49,110 nucleotides of DNA from Chiloscyllium plagiosum (Eukaryota), in NCBI RefSeq assembly GCF_004010195.1, contig NC_057718.1, forward strand, positions 85,015,702 through 85,064,811, written 5' to 3'. Position 1 is the stretch's first letter. The number at the start of each line of letters is the position of its first letter. The notes beneath the pieces were generated by a model, which was not told where the DNA came from, searched no databases, and saw only the letters and a program-made list of their open reading frames with translations. A program made the position numbers and the translations under genes. Below are positions 36,592 to 48,439 of the stretch, one piece after another.

Positions 36592-38740
36592 GAGGGATAG
36601 ATAGTGGTAATGTGGCTGGACTGTCAATCCAGAGACCCAAGTGATGTCCTGGGGACCAGGGTTTGAATCCTCCCTTGGCAATGGTGAAATTTGAATTCAA
36701 GAAAAATTTGAAATTGATTCAAATGGTAACCGTGAATCTATTGTTGAATAAACCCATTTGGTACACTCATATATCCTTTAGGGAAAGAAACTGCCAACTG
36801 GCCCACTATAGCTGTGGCAAGTTGGGTTAAGGAGAATCCAAAGGTATTTTATAAATACATTGAGGACAAAAGGGTAACTCAGGAGAGAATAGAGACCCTC
36901 AAAGATCAGCAAGACAACCTATGTGTGGAACTGCAGAAGGTCGGGGAGATATTAAACAAGTATTTTGTGTCAGTGTTTACTGTGGAGATGGACATGGAAG
37001 ATATAGAATGTGGGGAAATAGATGATGACATCTTGAAAAATGCTCATATTACAGAGGAGGTGGTGCTGGATGTCTTAACACATAAAAGTGGTTAAATCCC
37101 CCAGGACCTGATAGTGTAACCTAGAACTCTGCGTGAAGCTAGGGAAGTGATTACTAGGCCCCTTGCTGCAATATTAGTGTCATCGATAGTCATGAGTGAG
37201 GTGTCAGAAGACTGGAGATGGGCTAACATAGTGCCATTTTTTTTCTTAAAAAGGTCATAAGGAAAAGCTGGGGAACTATAGACTGGTGAGCTTGACATCA
37301 GTGACTGGGCAAGTTGTTGGAGGGAATCCTGAGGGACAGGGTTTACATGTATTTGGAAAGACAAGGGCTGATTAAAGGCTATTAACATGACTTTTTGCGT
37401 GAGAAATTATGTCTCCCTAACTTGATTGAGTATTTTTAAGGAGTAACGAAGAGGATTAATTAGGGCAAAGTGATGGACATAATCTATATGGACTTTAGGA
37501 AGGTCTTTGACAAGATTCCTCATGGTAGACTGGTTAGCAAGGTTAAATCACATGGACTACAGGGAGAATTAGTCATTTGGATACAGAACTGGCTTGAAGG
37601 TAGAAGGCAGAGGGTGGTGGTGGAGGGTTGCTTTTCAGATTGGAGGCCTGTGACCAGTGGTGTGCCACAAGGATCAATGCTGGGTCTACTGCTTTTCATC
37701 ATTTTATATAAATGATTTGGATGTGAACATAGGAGGTATAGTCAGTAAGTTTGCAGATGACACCAAAATTGGAAGTGTAATGGACAGCAAAGAAGGCTAC
37801 CTCAAAGTACAACAGGATCTTGATCAGATGGGCCAATGGGCCGAGGAGTGGCAGATGGAGTTTAATTTAGATAAGTGTGGGTGCTGCATTTTGGAAAGGC
37901 AAATCAGGGCAGGACCTATACACTTTATGATAAGGTCCTGGGGAGTGTTACTGAGCAAAGAGACCTTGAAGTGTAGGTTCATAGTTCCTTGAAAGTAGAT
38001 AGGATAGTGAAGAAGGCGTTCCTTTATTGGTTAGAGCATTGAGTATAGGAGTAGGGAGGTCATGTTTTGGCTGTACAGGACATTGGTTAGGCTACTTTTG
38101 GATATATTGTGTCCAACTCTGGTCTTCGTCTTACCAGAGGGATGTTGTGAAACTTGAAAGGATTCAGAAAAGATTTACAAGGATATTGCCAGGATTGGAG
38201 GGTTTGAGCTATAGGAAGAGCTGAAATGGCTGGGGCTGTTTTTCCCTGGAGCATCAGAGGCTGAGGAATTACCTTTATAGAGGTTTATAAAATCATGAGG
38301 GATGTGGATAGGGTAAATAGACAAGGTCTTTTCCCTGGGGTGGGGAGTCCAGAACTAGAGGGCATAGGTTGAGAGTGCGAGGGGAAAGATTTAAAAGGGG
38401 CAACTGTTTCACAAAGAGGGTGGTGCATGGATGGAATGTGTTGCCTGAGGAAGTTGTAGAGGCTGGTACAATTGCAACATTTAAAAGGCAGCTGGATGGG
38501 TATATGAAGAGGAAGGGTTTAGAGGGATATGCGCTCAGTGCTGGCTAATGTGACTAGATATATTTAGGAAATCTGGTCTGCCTAGATGTGTTGGACCGAA
38601 GGGTCTGTTTCCGTGCTGTACATCTAAGTGAGTCCAGACTCTCAGCAATGTTGTTGACTCTCAGCTGCCCTCTGGGCAATTAAAGATGGACAATAAATGC
38701 GGCCTAGCCAGTGAGGCCCTCATCCCTGTGAATAATTTTT
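36592..38740 (+). mobile_element. tRNA-derived SINE split by a CR1 insertion (halves ~36592-36815 and ~38626-38740)
   Basis: A box tagtggtaatgtgg and B box ggtttgaatcc (36660-36670). The 3' half resumes gagtccagac..gggcaattaaagatggacaataaatgc. Confidence 0.7.
36816..38625 (+). mobile_element. 5'-truncated CR1 LINE (RT and 3' UTR)
   Basis: IYMDFRKVFDKIPH, SGVPQGSMLG and KFADDTK motifs; tail ggaccgaagggtctgtttccgtgctgtacatct. Confidence 0.95.
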
Positions 38741-39037
38741 TAAAGAAGAGGTGAACATTCTAAAACTGAAATGAGAATATAATCATTGGAAATGAAGGGG
38801 AGAGAAGGGAAAGAGCAAAGTAAACCAGAATGCAGAAATTTGGGGATGATTAAAAACTAGATGAGCTTTGGTCATCTAGTGCCTTGTACTTGTATGAATC
38901 AGCAATAGTAATTTTTGGACTTCTCATGGTAATCAACCTCTTATAAATGATGTAGAAAGAGTAAGTGCTCTGACAATATCGGAAAATGCGGACTGCAGCT
39001 TTCTGACCTTTCTTTTTATTGATTGTTGATGTTTCAG

Positions 39038-39120
39038 GTCTATAGATACCTACCTGGCTTTGACTGGTTCTTCCTAGATCCAATCACTGAGAGTGGTATC
39101 ATCTTCCCAAGTGATGAGAA
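39038..39120 (+). CDS. ABHD12: ABHD12 internal exon (human exon 10 equivalent)
   Basis: Acceptor gatgtttcag|GTC and donor AA|gtaagt; 83 bp. Translates [27 protein letters not shown](N), versus human [28 protein letters not shown]. Confidence 0.96.
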
Positions 39121-39323
39121 GTAAGTCAGTTTTTTTTTCAAAAAGTATTTTAATGCAATAATTGTATTTCTTTTAATTTAGCCAGTTGTACCACTGTGGA
39201 ATATTTATACATGTTTATACACAATATGATATGTGAGTTTCCATCATAACCAGTCTGATTTTAATTGATGTATTGCAATGTTGATGCATTTAGTACTAAT
39301 GGGAAAATTATTACATTTAGTAT

Positions 39324-39640
39324 TAGCTGTGGCTTTAGTTGACAGCACTCCTCTAAGTCAAGGTTGTGGACCCTATTCCCAAATTTGTTTGCATGATTTA
39401 GACTGATACTTCACTGCAGTACTAAAGAGAGTTGTACTGTCATAAGTAAGGATAAGATGTCAAACCTAAGGCCCTCTTGCCCCATCAGATTGGAAATTAT
39501 TCGATTCGTAGAAGAGCATATTGTTTGCAAGATGTTACTGTGTGTAAGTTGGCTGACACTGTTCATGCATTGCAGTAATGGCTGTGGTTCAAAGTACATA
39601 AACAATAAAGAGCTTTTTTAGGATATCCTGTGGACACGAA
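39324..39640 (+). mobile_element. DeuSINE-like (SacSINE1/AmnSINE1-type) SINE, degraded
   Basis: ctgatacttcactgcagtactaaagagagttgtactgtc..gataagatgtcaaacctaaggccc..gaagagca matches the recalled Deu-domain pattern. Second copy at 44661-45037. Confidence 0.6.
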
Positions 39641-40029
39641 ATATTCTGCTGAAATTCTGATTAAAATGATTTCTCATGCATTATCATTTCCTTGTATATA
39701 TAATTTATTGTTTATCTAAATTAGGTAAAGTTAGTGGGTGTTCTCTTATGTTTAAAGCCTAATTTGAAGTATTAGCCTAGAAATGTTTTCTATTCTAAAA
39801 ATTAATTTCATTTTATATTTTCCTGTGATAGAACACAAAATTATCTAGGTAACCTCTACATCTGAGTCTATAACTGTTCCTTACCCCTAATCTAACTGAG
39901 ACACCAGATGGTTGAAGATTTTTGCTCATTGAGTTCTCCTTTGATTTTCTTTTTACAGTCTCAATCTATATACATAACTTTTTATTTTCTTCCCTAACAA
40001 AAGTTGTTGAGTGAATGTTCTTAGCTTAC

Positions 40030-40860
40030 AATTGGCCTAGTGTCATCTTACCTTTGCTCATAACACAATCCCTTTATTCCAGGGATTGTCTTAGTGAACA
40101 TTCTCTGAACTGTGTTTAAGGAAATAATCTCTCCCCTTTAAATAAGGAACCAAAAACTGCTCTCATTACTCCAGATGTGGTCTCACCGGCACCTGATTTA
40201 GTTGCAGTAAGACTTCCCTACTCTTATCTTCCAATCTCCTTGAAATAAGGGCAAACATTCCATTAATCGCCTTGATTATCTGCTAGCTTTATGTTTCTTG
40301 TGCAAGTATCCTCCGGTCTCTTTATTTTGCACTTTGCTGCAATCTCCATTTAAATAATACTGTTCTTTTGTTTTCCATTCCAAAATGAACAACTTCACAC
40401 TTTCCCACATTTGGCAACATTTTGCCCACTTAATTAGCCGAGCAATGTCTCCCTGTTTGTATCCTTCTTGCAATCTGCCTTTTCACTTATTTTTCCCATT
40501 TGACTACAGTCCATTTGCTTCCTTTCTCTAAGTCATTAATATCTATTTTAAACTGCCAGCACTGATCCCCGTGGAACCACACTGGTTACAGGTTACCAAC
40601 CAACCTGAAATAGTACTCCTTATCCCCACTTGCTGTCTCCTGCCCAGTAGCCAGTTATCTCTACATGTTAATTTGCTACTCCAATGCTATGGGCTCCTTA
40701 CACTTTCAGGTCTTGTGAGGTACCTTGTTAAATATAAGGAAAGTCCAAATACAATGCATCTACTGGCCCCCCCTCTATCCAATTATTCCTTGAAAAACTC
40801 TCAAGTTAGTCAGGCATAATTTCCCTTTCATGAAGTCCTGCTGATTATGCTTGATTAGTT
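40030..40860 (-). mobile_element. Old CR1 RT fragment
   Basis: ctccagatgtggtctcacc, caaaatgaacaacttcacactttcccacat and gcactgatccccgtggaaccacact (reverse GVPQGSV-like). Confidence 0.7.
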
Positions 40861-42079
40861 TGATTTTCTATGACTGTAAAGAATACTTTGTGTTCTTTTG
40901 GACTCAATGTATTTTCCTTGGTTTTTGACCTGAAATCTTTGTCAGTCTTTCCAACAAGATGACCAATGATCATCTTCTAATTCGAGTTTGTCTTTGTTTG
41001 TTCTGACTGGATAAAGTCAATATTGGTAAAGCATTATTATCTCAACACAGGCTGATTTTATTGAAGCTTTTATTGTTTTACACAGCTTGTCACTGTTGAT
41101 ATCAATTTAATTTCTAAATGGTAGGTCAAAGCTAGACTCTAATGTTGGATTTTAACTTGCTGGAAGGGAGGATCCATGAACCACTGTTCTCAGATACAAC
41201 AGTGTTGTTTATGTGCCTGTGTGTACTAAGTCTGCACCTGGAGTAATGTGTTAAAAAGCTTTGGATACAGAATCAAAGACCTTGGACATTGGGGAGGGAA
41301 GTCAGAGGTTTGAAAGAAGAGAGTTGACAGCTTGGTATACATGCAATCGGGCAATTCAGAGTGGAAAGGGCGGTGGCTGGATAAAGGCTTTGTGGGAAAA
41401 TTTGGTGATTAGAGGGATTCTGTGTGGTTTCCAATCGAGGAAGATTGCCCAGATAGGCATGCTGAATTGAGCAGGTAAGTGGCAGGGTAAGTACCTAACA
41501 TTTCTTTTTCTTGGTTTAGCTGCCCATTCTCCTGTTACTTGGGAAACCCAGTCATCCAAAGTTAAATTCAAATAATGCATACAAATAAAGATTGTCATCT
41601 TGTAAAGCATCAGAATATTTCTGGGAGCGTTTAGTCTGTTCCTTGGCCCTATCCCACCACTATTAAAGCAAAATACACCACAACTACTCTGCCCCTCCCT
41701 CTTAATCCAGTCTGTTTTGGGGTAAGCTAGTACATCATGATATCCCTCTACACCCCTCCCCCACCATTTTTTGATGTTGTGTAGCGCATTCAATTTATAA
41801 CTCTGATGTTGCTCTTTAAACTTAGTCTTATTTGTGAGAAAACTCTGAACAGTTCTATTTAATTTGTGAATTAAATAGAAGCTTACAGCACTACTATGAT
41901 TTCTGTTCCTTTCAATGAAACAAAACTCCAGCAGTTAAATGTGACCTTAATTTTGGTTAGCTTAATTCATGATTACACAAAACAAGCCATCCTGAGAAAG
42001 AGAGAAAAGCTAATTATCATTTGTCCTACTTGACATGGATACATTTATTTTTCAGTTTTCAAAATGGATATTTTCAATT

Positions 42080-43041
42080 TGTTACAAATTGAAGGTTGAC
42101 CCCTCCCCCTCTGAAAGCTAGAACTGAAACAACCAAAAAGGAGCACCTCGCCGATAATCTATAAAATGTGAAAAGTAGTGTAACCTGCTCTTCAGCAACT
42201 TCCAGTGGTTAAATAAATTAATCCCTGACATTCACTTTAAAATCACCAAGTAACAATTTATTTATCTAACTCTAACAGTGAACAAATTAACTAAAATATT
42301 AACAAACCAAATATATTCCTTAACTAACTATTCCTGAATAAAATAAGATTCCAATTGTATGCTATTCCAATAAATATAAGTCCTATTCATATACAAAAAA
42401 GTAGAATTTAGTCTCCCAAAATTATGTCTTCCAGAAGATTCTATGCCTTTTCCGTCGAATCTTCTGTCAGGAACACTTCTTCTGATTCCTCTGTCAGGAA
42501 AATCTTTTTCTGGTGTTGGTACCGTTATTGTTTTAGATGATGCTTTCTCTGTTACATGACTGTAAGAGCTGATTTCTTTTTTGAGAGCTAAGGAGTATCA
42601 GCTCTGGCAGATGGCAGCTAGCTCTTGGGTCTTTCTCCAACTGCTCTCTTTTATACACTTGATAACATAGCAATATTTCTTACATAGGATTCGTCCAATC
42701 TTGTTAAAACAATCAGATGTAAATTTAATAAGTTTGTGGTATCTAGGTGTCTAGTTTAAATTGATTGGCTAAACTTAAAAAGAACTTGTCTTGATTTAAA
42801 AACTGCTGCATAGCCTGCTAACTGTATGGACTTTTGATGCAAAATGTTCTAATTCAGGTGCTGTCTGTTCCCGCAAACCCTTAAAGGTGTTCACAGACAT
42901 CCATTTTAATTCTAAGCAAGGGGAAAAAAAGCATCATCTTTCAAAGGGACCGTGCAACGTTTCCACTTTTACAATTTTACAAACACCAAATTCTAACTTC
43001 CTGTGTCTCAATCTACAATTACTGTACCGAATTTCGCAACA
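42080..43041 (-). mobile_element. Probable solo LTR
   Basis: TGTT...AACA termini, ~960 bp, flanks aatt/catt (3 of 4 match), non-coding, minus-strand AATAAA near 42257. Confidence 0.45.
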
Positions 43042-44115
43042 CATTGATGCATATGACTAGCTACTTATTAATACTTCTGTTAGAGGATAGTAACTGGTTT
43101 TGAAAGGCAGTATGTCAACAGATTAAACCATACGAGAGAAATAAACAACAAGTTGTATTTATGTTATTTGGCACCATTCCATTGCACTTGATAGGAACTT
43201 TCAAAGGAAAATGTAACGACAAGCCACATTAGAAATAATAAGTTAGTTGATCAGAGTTTGTCAGAGGTAGATTTTGAGGAGGAATTGAGGTAAAGCAGTA
43301 CAGCAAATAAATTCTTAGACATATGAAGATGCAGCCATCAGTTGTGGGGTGATTCAAGTTGTTACTCAAAAAGCCAGAATGAGATGAGTGCAGGTATCTC
43401 AAAATTAGAGGGTTGGAGGGAATTAATTATAGCAAGTGTTGAGGCTTTGGAGGGATTTGCGAAACTGGATGAGAATTCTAAATCGAGATATTGCTTGACC
43501 AGGAGCAAAATTGGCCCATCTTATAAAGATAAAAATCATCAGGTGTTCATTCAGTCAAATATGACATCAAAGCTGTGGTTTATTTTCAATGTTGTCAGAC
43601 AAGGATAAAATCTGATAGTAAATGAGAAATGGGAACTAGAGAGGATAATAGTAAGGAATTAGTCTTAAATTTAGAAGTCCCATGCTATGATAATGATGAC
43701 AGTGGTTGGGTGGATTTAGCATGGGAGTATCATTGAATTTAAGGTCATTGTCTAGTTAGGGTCACTTCACCCTTCAGTAAGAATTTCATTCTCAGCACCT
43801 TAAACCTAGTTGTTATATTGATCGAAATGCATTGACCTTTTCTTCCCCCTCAGCTAATTCAAATGAGATTATGGAAAGTCACCTTCCCTTAACCATGCAA
43901 TGGAGACATTAAACTTGGCAGCTTACATCAAGAAGACTTCCTGACTTTGAAAGAAGGTGTCACCTCCATTTTGAATTTGGCATTTAAAGGGCTATTTAAA
44001 ACCAAACAAAAACAAAAGGATCTGATGTTCTCTTTAGTCCTTTAACTATATGTTCTTTTTGTGACTGTTCTGCTCGAATGTGCTAACTGCCATTCTTCTA
44101 ATTTTCCTTCTTTAG

Positions 44116-44194
44116 TGTGCAGCATATCACCTGTCCATTGCTGATTCTTCATGCTGAAGATGATGCCGTCATCCCCTTTCACCTGGGAAGAAAG
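44116..44194 (+). CDS. ABHD12: ABHD12 internal exon (human exon 11 equivalent) containing the catalytic Asp
   Basis: Acceptor ttccttctttag|T and donor AAG|gtgagt; 79 bp. Translates (N)[26 protein letters not shown]. The GAT at 44162-44164 corresponds to human D333. Confidence 0.96.
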
Positions 44195-44261
44195 GTGAGT
44201 CATGCATGCAAGTCTAACTTCCAGTAGTTGAATGAGTTTGTGACCAGTTTTGTATTTGATA

Positions 44262-44539
44262 CAGCTTGTTCCCTATAACACCCATTTCATTAGTGTGAAT
44301 TAGCTGTAGCGTGATTGACGAATTGGGGACATTGTTTCTAAAAACACAAACTTTTGAATTATGTGTTGGCTGTAATGCGATTACATCGCCAACACTTTAA
44401 GCACTGTTTCTAAAGCATGATTTTTCTATAGCATCATAGAGTCCTACAGCAATGGAAACGGACCCTTTGGTCCAACCAGTCCATGCCTAATGCAGGGTTG
44501 CATATGAACGCAACCATTGTGTTATAAAAGAACTATCTG
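44262..44539. mobile_element. Tigger-like MITE with nested ~55-nt CR1 tail (44433-44487, minus)
   Basis: TA|cagcttgttccctataac..gttataaaagaactatctg. Interior is the reverse complement of 2845-3063. Confidence 0.6.
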
Positions 44540-44660
44540 CACCTTTCTTGTTGAAGCATTGAAACCTTCAGTTTGTACCTTCATCACAATGTATCATTTG
44601 AATGAAGTTTTTTATAAAAATCTTTCTAGGCTTAGAATATGGTTCCTGATATTAATCTGG

Positions 44661-45037
44661 TGTCAACTGTGACTTGGTGGTAACACACTCGCTTCTGAGT
44701 TGCAAGCTTGTGACTTCTGTTCTCACTGAGCATGTAATCCAGCATGAACATTCTCCAATGTAACAGTGAGCAGAGTTGCACAATTGAAAGTGCCATTTTT
44801 GGATGAAATGTTGAACTCTAATCATATCTGCACGTCAGATGAAAGATTTTAAAACAACTCCTGTGCTAATATTTAAAGAAGAGCAAGGAAGTTCTCCACA
44901 ATGTTCTGCTCATTATCATATTACTGTTTGTGACAGCTAGTTCATAACTCCATTACAACATTGACCATACTTCAATAATACTTCGCTGTAATGTGCTCGG
45001 GGAAGTTGTGAAATGCATATTTTTAAGTTTGTTCTTA
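44661..45037 (+). mobile_element. DeuSINE-like SINE
   Basis: tRNA-like head, gtgccattttttggatgaaatgttgaac, atttaaagaagagcaaggaagttctcc, cattacaacattgaccatacttcaa. Confidence 0.65.
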
Positions 45038-45237
45038 TTTTAATCTCAAAATATATTTTTATGCCAGTTAATTAAGTTGCTATTTGCACTTGCGTAGCTG
45101 TTGCTAATCAGAATTATTTCCAAAAGGAAAAGCGAAGAAAAATATTTATCAAAATAAAATGATTTACGGTACAAACAATTAGAATAATTTCCTTCAATTG
45201 CAGTTACACAAAATTAAGACAGCCAGAGCTATTTTTA

Positions 45238-45893
45238 ATAAAAGATTGCTGGAAAAGCTCAGCAGGTCTGGCAGCATCTGCAAAGATAAATCAGTTTATC
45301 TGGTGACCTTTCCTCAGAACTGATGGTAGCTAGGAAAATGTTAGTTTATGTGCAGAAGATAGGGTAAGGGTATAAATGATGGGTGGGGATAGACTCCAAA
45401 GAGAGGGAAGAGCAGTCGGACAGACAAAGGAGTGGATAACAATCTGGCCAGGAGGGTGAATAGCAAATTTTCCACTTGGAGACCCTGCAGCCCTCTAGAC
45501 TGAATATAGAGTTCAATAATTTTACGGCCTGAATTATCCCAAATTCGAGCCTCCTACCCCACACATCAGGCCTTATCTCAGTGTACCATTACACACTACT
45601 AATTGCTGGCCATTAATAGTTATTCACACTCCTAGCTAGATTGTCACCTGCTACTTTGTCTATCCAGCTGCTCGTCCCTATGTTTGGGCTCTATCCTCAC
45701 TTATTGTTTGCTCCTTGCCCCCTCCTCCCACCCTATCTCCTGCATATAAACTGACATTTTCCCAGGTACCATCAGTTCTGAGGAAGGTTAACTGATACTT
45801 CACAGGTGCTGCCAGACCTACTGAGCTTTTCCAGCAATTTCTGTTTTTGCTTCTGATTTAAAGCATCTGCTTTTCTTTTGGTTTTTATTTTGT
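45238..45893 (+). mobile_element. Neptune-type PLE 3' end with inverted 5' terminal repeat
   Basis: Inverted arm 45240-45463. GIY-YIG end IFHLETLQPSRLNIEFNNF at ~45466-45522. + arm runs to 45893 with ctgaggaagg. TSD agctattttta at 45227-45237 / 45894-45904. Confidence 0.8.
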
Positions 45894-46234
45894 AGCTATT
45901 TTTAGTTCATTACCATTTGGCAAGCCTCATCTGCTGGGACTAGTCACCATTCAGAGCATCTGTTTTGCCTGAGTCGTACTGATCTTCAGTCATTTTGAAT
46001 TAGTATTCTTATCCAAAACACTAGCTTTTCCTCAGCTATAAAGCAAAAAGTTGCCAATCTTTGCAAGAATGAAATACTTTGAAGACATTTAAAAAAGAGT
46101 TTAAAAGTACTAGTGGTGCAGTAGTAGTGTTCAAGTCCCACATGGTCTTCCCTAATATGTCTCAACAGGTTGATTAAAATAACTACTACGGAGATTAATT
46201 AGAATGGATCCACAGATAAGTATCACTTTGAACA

Positions 46235-46735
46235 GTCCCTTGGGATCACGGAATACTTACTTCCAGACCAGCCTAATGGGTTCTGAAATGGCTGTTAAAC
46301 CCAATGCATGACCTGCACTTTGTCATATGTGGGATAGGTAATGCTGAAAGGTCAGCTTGATGAGGTGTTTGGAGGTTGATGAGGTGCTGTCCAAACTTTG
46401 ACTTAACCTGTGTATGTTCCTATTGAAATCTCTTAATCTGTTTAGTTTCTTCCCGAATAAACTACCTCCATTTTGGTTAGTCATAATTCAGGGACTCCCA
46501 TGAGTTGTGGAGGGGAACAGAATGGTTGCTGATCTCAAGGTCTTTGAGGTCATTCCTAAAACATTTCTGTTGTCCTCCTGGCAATCTGTTTTGTTCTCCT
46601 AAGCAGAACAATTGATTTGGAAACATGGCATCAGGCAAGGTTTGCTGGAGGTCTGACATCCTTTGCCCCAACTTGGTTTCCTGAGCAGGGGTCAGGATTC
46701 TGAGCGGGACCTCAAGTTTCAAGACATCAATGTGT
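46235..46735 (-). mobile_element. RTE-clade LINE 3' fragment
   Basis: Minus ORF LPDAMFPNQLF..LPGGQQKCFRNDLK..NSWESL..D matches the RTE MPD.RLPKQ..GGQ.KRFKD.LK..WESLA.DR motif. Confidence 0.7.
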
Positions 46736-47284
46736 GCCATAGAGCTCTGCCCACCTCCAACTTATGTCACAGGTCTTTTTTTTTTCTTACCATCAATTAA
46801 CCCTCTTTCCCCCACTTTTAATATTTATCATTGATAAGTCCAAACAATCCTCAAGCCTCAATGGGGTCACAGCACTGCCCTTCATGTTTCCAATTATGGA
46901 AAATACCTTGGGACTGGGATTGCTAACTTTCCAAGATTAGAGTTTCCAGGAATTGAACACTAATCTCCAAGGTGCTGCTTTGAGCAACCTTGGAGAAAAA
47001 TAAATTGTACATTTGAAATTTTCCAAAAATTTGAATATTTCAGTCATTAGCTTCAAACCAGTTAGAGATGGAGGAAAATGTCTGTTCTATAGTCTAAAAT
47101 CATCCAGTTGTGAAATGAGATTTCTCTATGATATGGCATGGAAATTGGAGAGTCACAAGGATGAATTTGAGTGACAAATGACAAGAGTGGGCTTGGGGAA
47201 GTTGGCAGCAGATAGTCATGTGATGAAACTTCCAGGAATTATTCAACCAGAGTTAGTCCAGAGCAGTGAATATTAGCAAGACTT

Positions 47285-48345
47285 ATCCTAGCCTACAAAA
47301 GGTGAAAGTGCAGAAGGCTGCATTTGACTGAGCTGGTGTCAATGGAATTCTGAGAAAATGGTCCAATCCAGAGCATCTCTGCTGGAGTTCACTAGGGTAT
47401 GTCCTTAGCCCAACCATTTTCAGGTGCTTCATCGATGACCTTCGTTCCATCATAAGGTCAGGAGTGGGGACGTGGGACATTTGATGATTGCACAATGTTC
47501 AGCATCATTCATGATGACTCAATTACTGAAGCAAACTGTGCAAATGCAGTAAGGACTGGATACTATCCAGGCTTGTGTTGAAAAGTAGCAAGTAACATTT
47601 GTCAAACAATGCCTATCTCCAACAACAGAATCAAACCATGACCCCTTGAAATTCAGTGATATCACCATCATTGAATTGCCCAACTGTCAACATCATGGGA
47701 ATTGCCATTGACTAGAAACTGAACTGAGACAATTAATTCAAATCCTGTGGCTAAAAGAGCACATCAGAGGTTAGGAATCTTGCAGTGAGTAACTTACCAC
47801 CTGACTTCCCAAAGCCTGTCTACCATCTATAAGGCTCAAGTCAGGAGTGAGATGAAATACTCCCCAATTGCCTGAATGAATGAAACTCCGACAGCAATCA
47901 AAAAACTTGATGCCATCCAAGATAAAACAGCTCACTTGATTGGCACCATATCCGCATTTAGTTAATCTAGCACCAATGCTTAGTAGCAGTGAACATTTAC
48001 AAAATGCATTGTAGAAATTTAACAAGGCTCCATAGCACCTTAAAACCTATGACTGCTTTTATATAGAAGGTTAAGGGCAGAAGACAGATTGGAATACCAT
48101 CACCTTTCATTCCATGCCTCTTGCCATCCAGACAATCCAACATATTGCAAATATATTGCTGTTCCTTTATTGTTGCTAGATCAAAATCTTGGAGCTCTCT
48201 CTAGTAATGGCATTGTGGGTCTACATACACCAAATGAACTGCAATTGTTCAGGACTACGTCTCGCCACCATCTTCTCAATGGCAATTAAGGATGGGCAGT
48301 AAATGGTTGTCTAGCCAGCAATGCCCATTTTCCATGAATTAATTT
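47285..48345 (+). mobile_element. LINE RT and 3' tail (second family)
   Basis: ggagttcactagggtatgtccttagcccaaccattttc..atcgatgacct (GVPQGSVLGP..IND-like), TIYKAQVRS.MKYSP and the gggcagtaaatgg tail. Confidence 0.8.
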
Positions 48346-48439
48346 TTTTAGGAAAGACCATTCATCTTTTGCTGGCTTTTCCAAATAAAAGACTCACGGC
48401 AGATAACTCCTCACCCTTTCAGTTCTAGGACATTTAGTG

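Noticed and set aside
41190..41460. Possible old CR1 ORF1 remnant (..NLVIRGILC..)
   Set aside because: Too degraded to support as a feature without an alignment.
46026..46100. ttttcctcag|CTA as the next ABHD12 exon (expected LY..A..)
   Set aside because: The second codon is TAA and there is no similarity to FKVQFVPF..LGYRHKYI. That exon probably lies beyond the window.
46915..47265. Possible hAT-like MITE (gggattgctaac..gagttagtc)
   Set aside because: TIRs and TSD cannot be convincingly identified.
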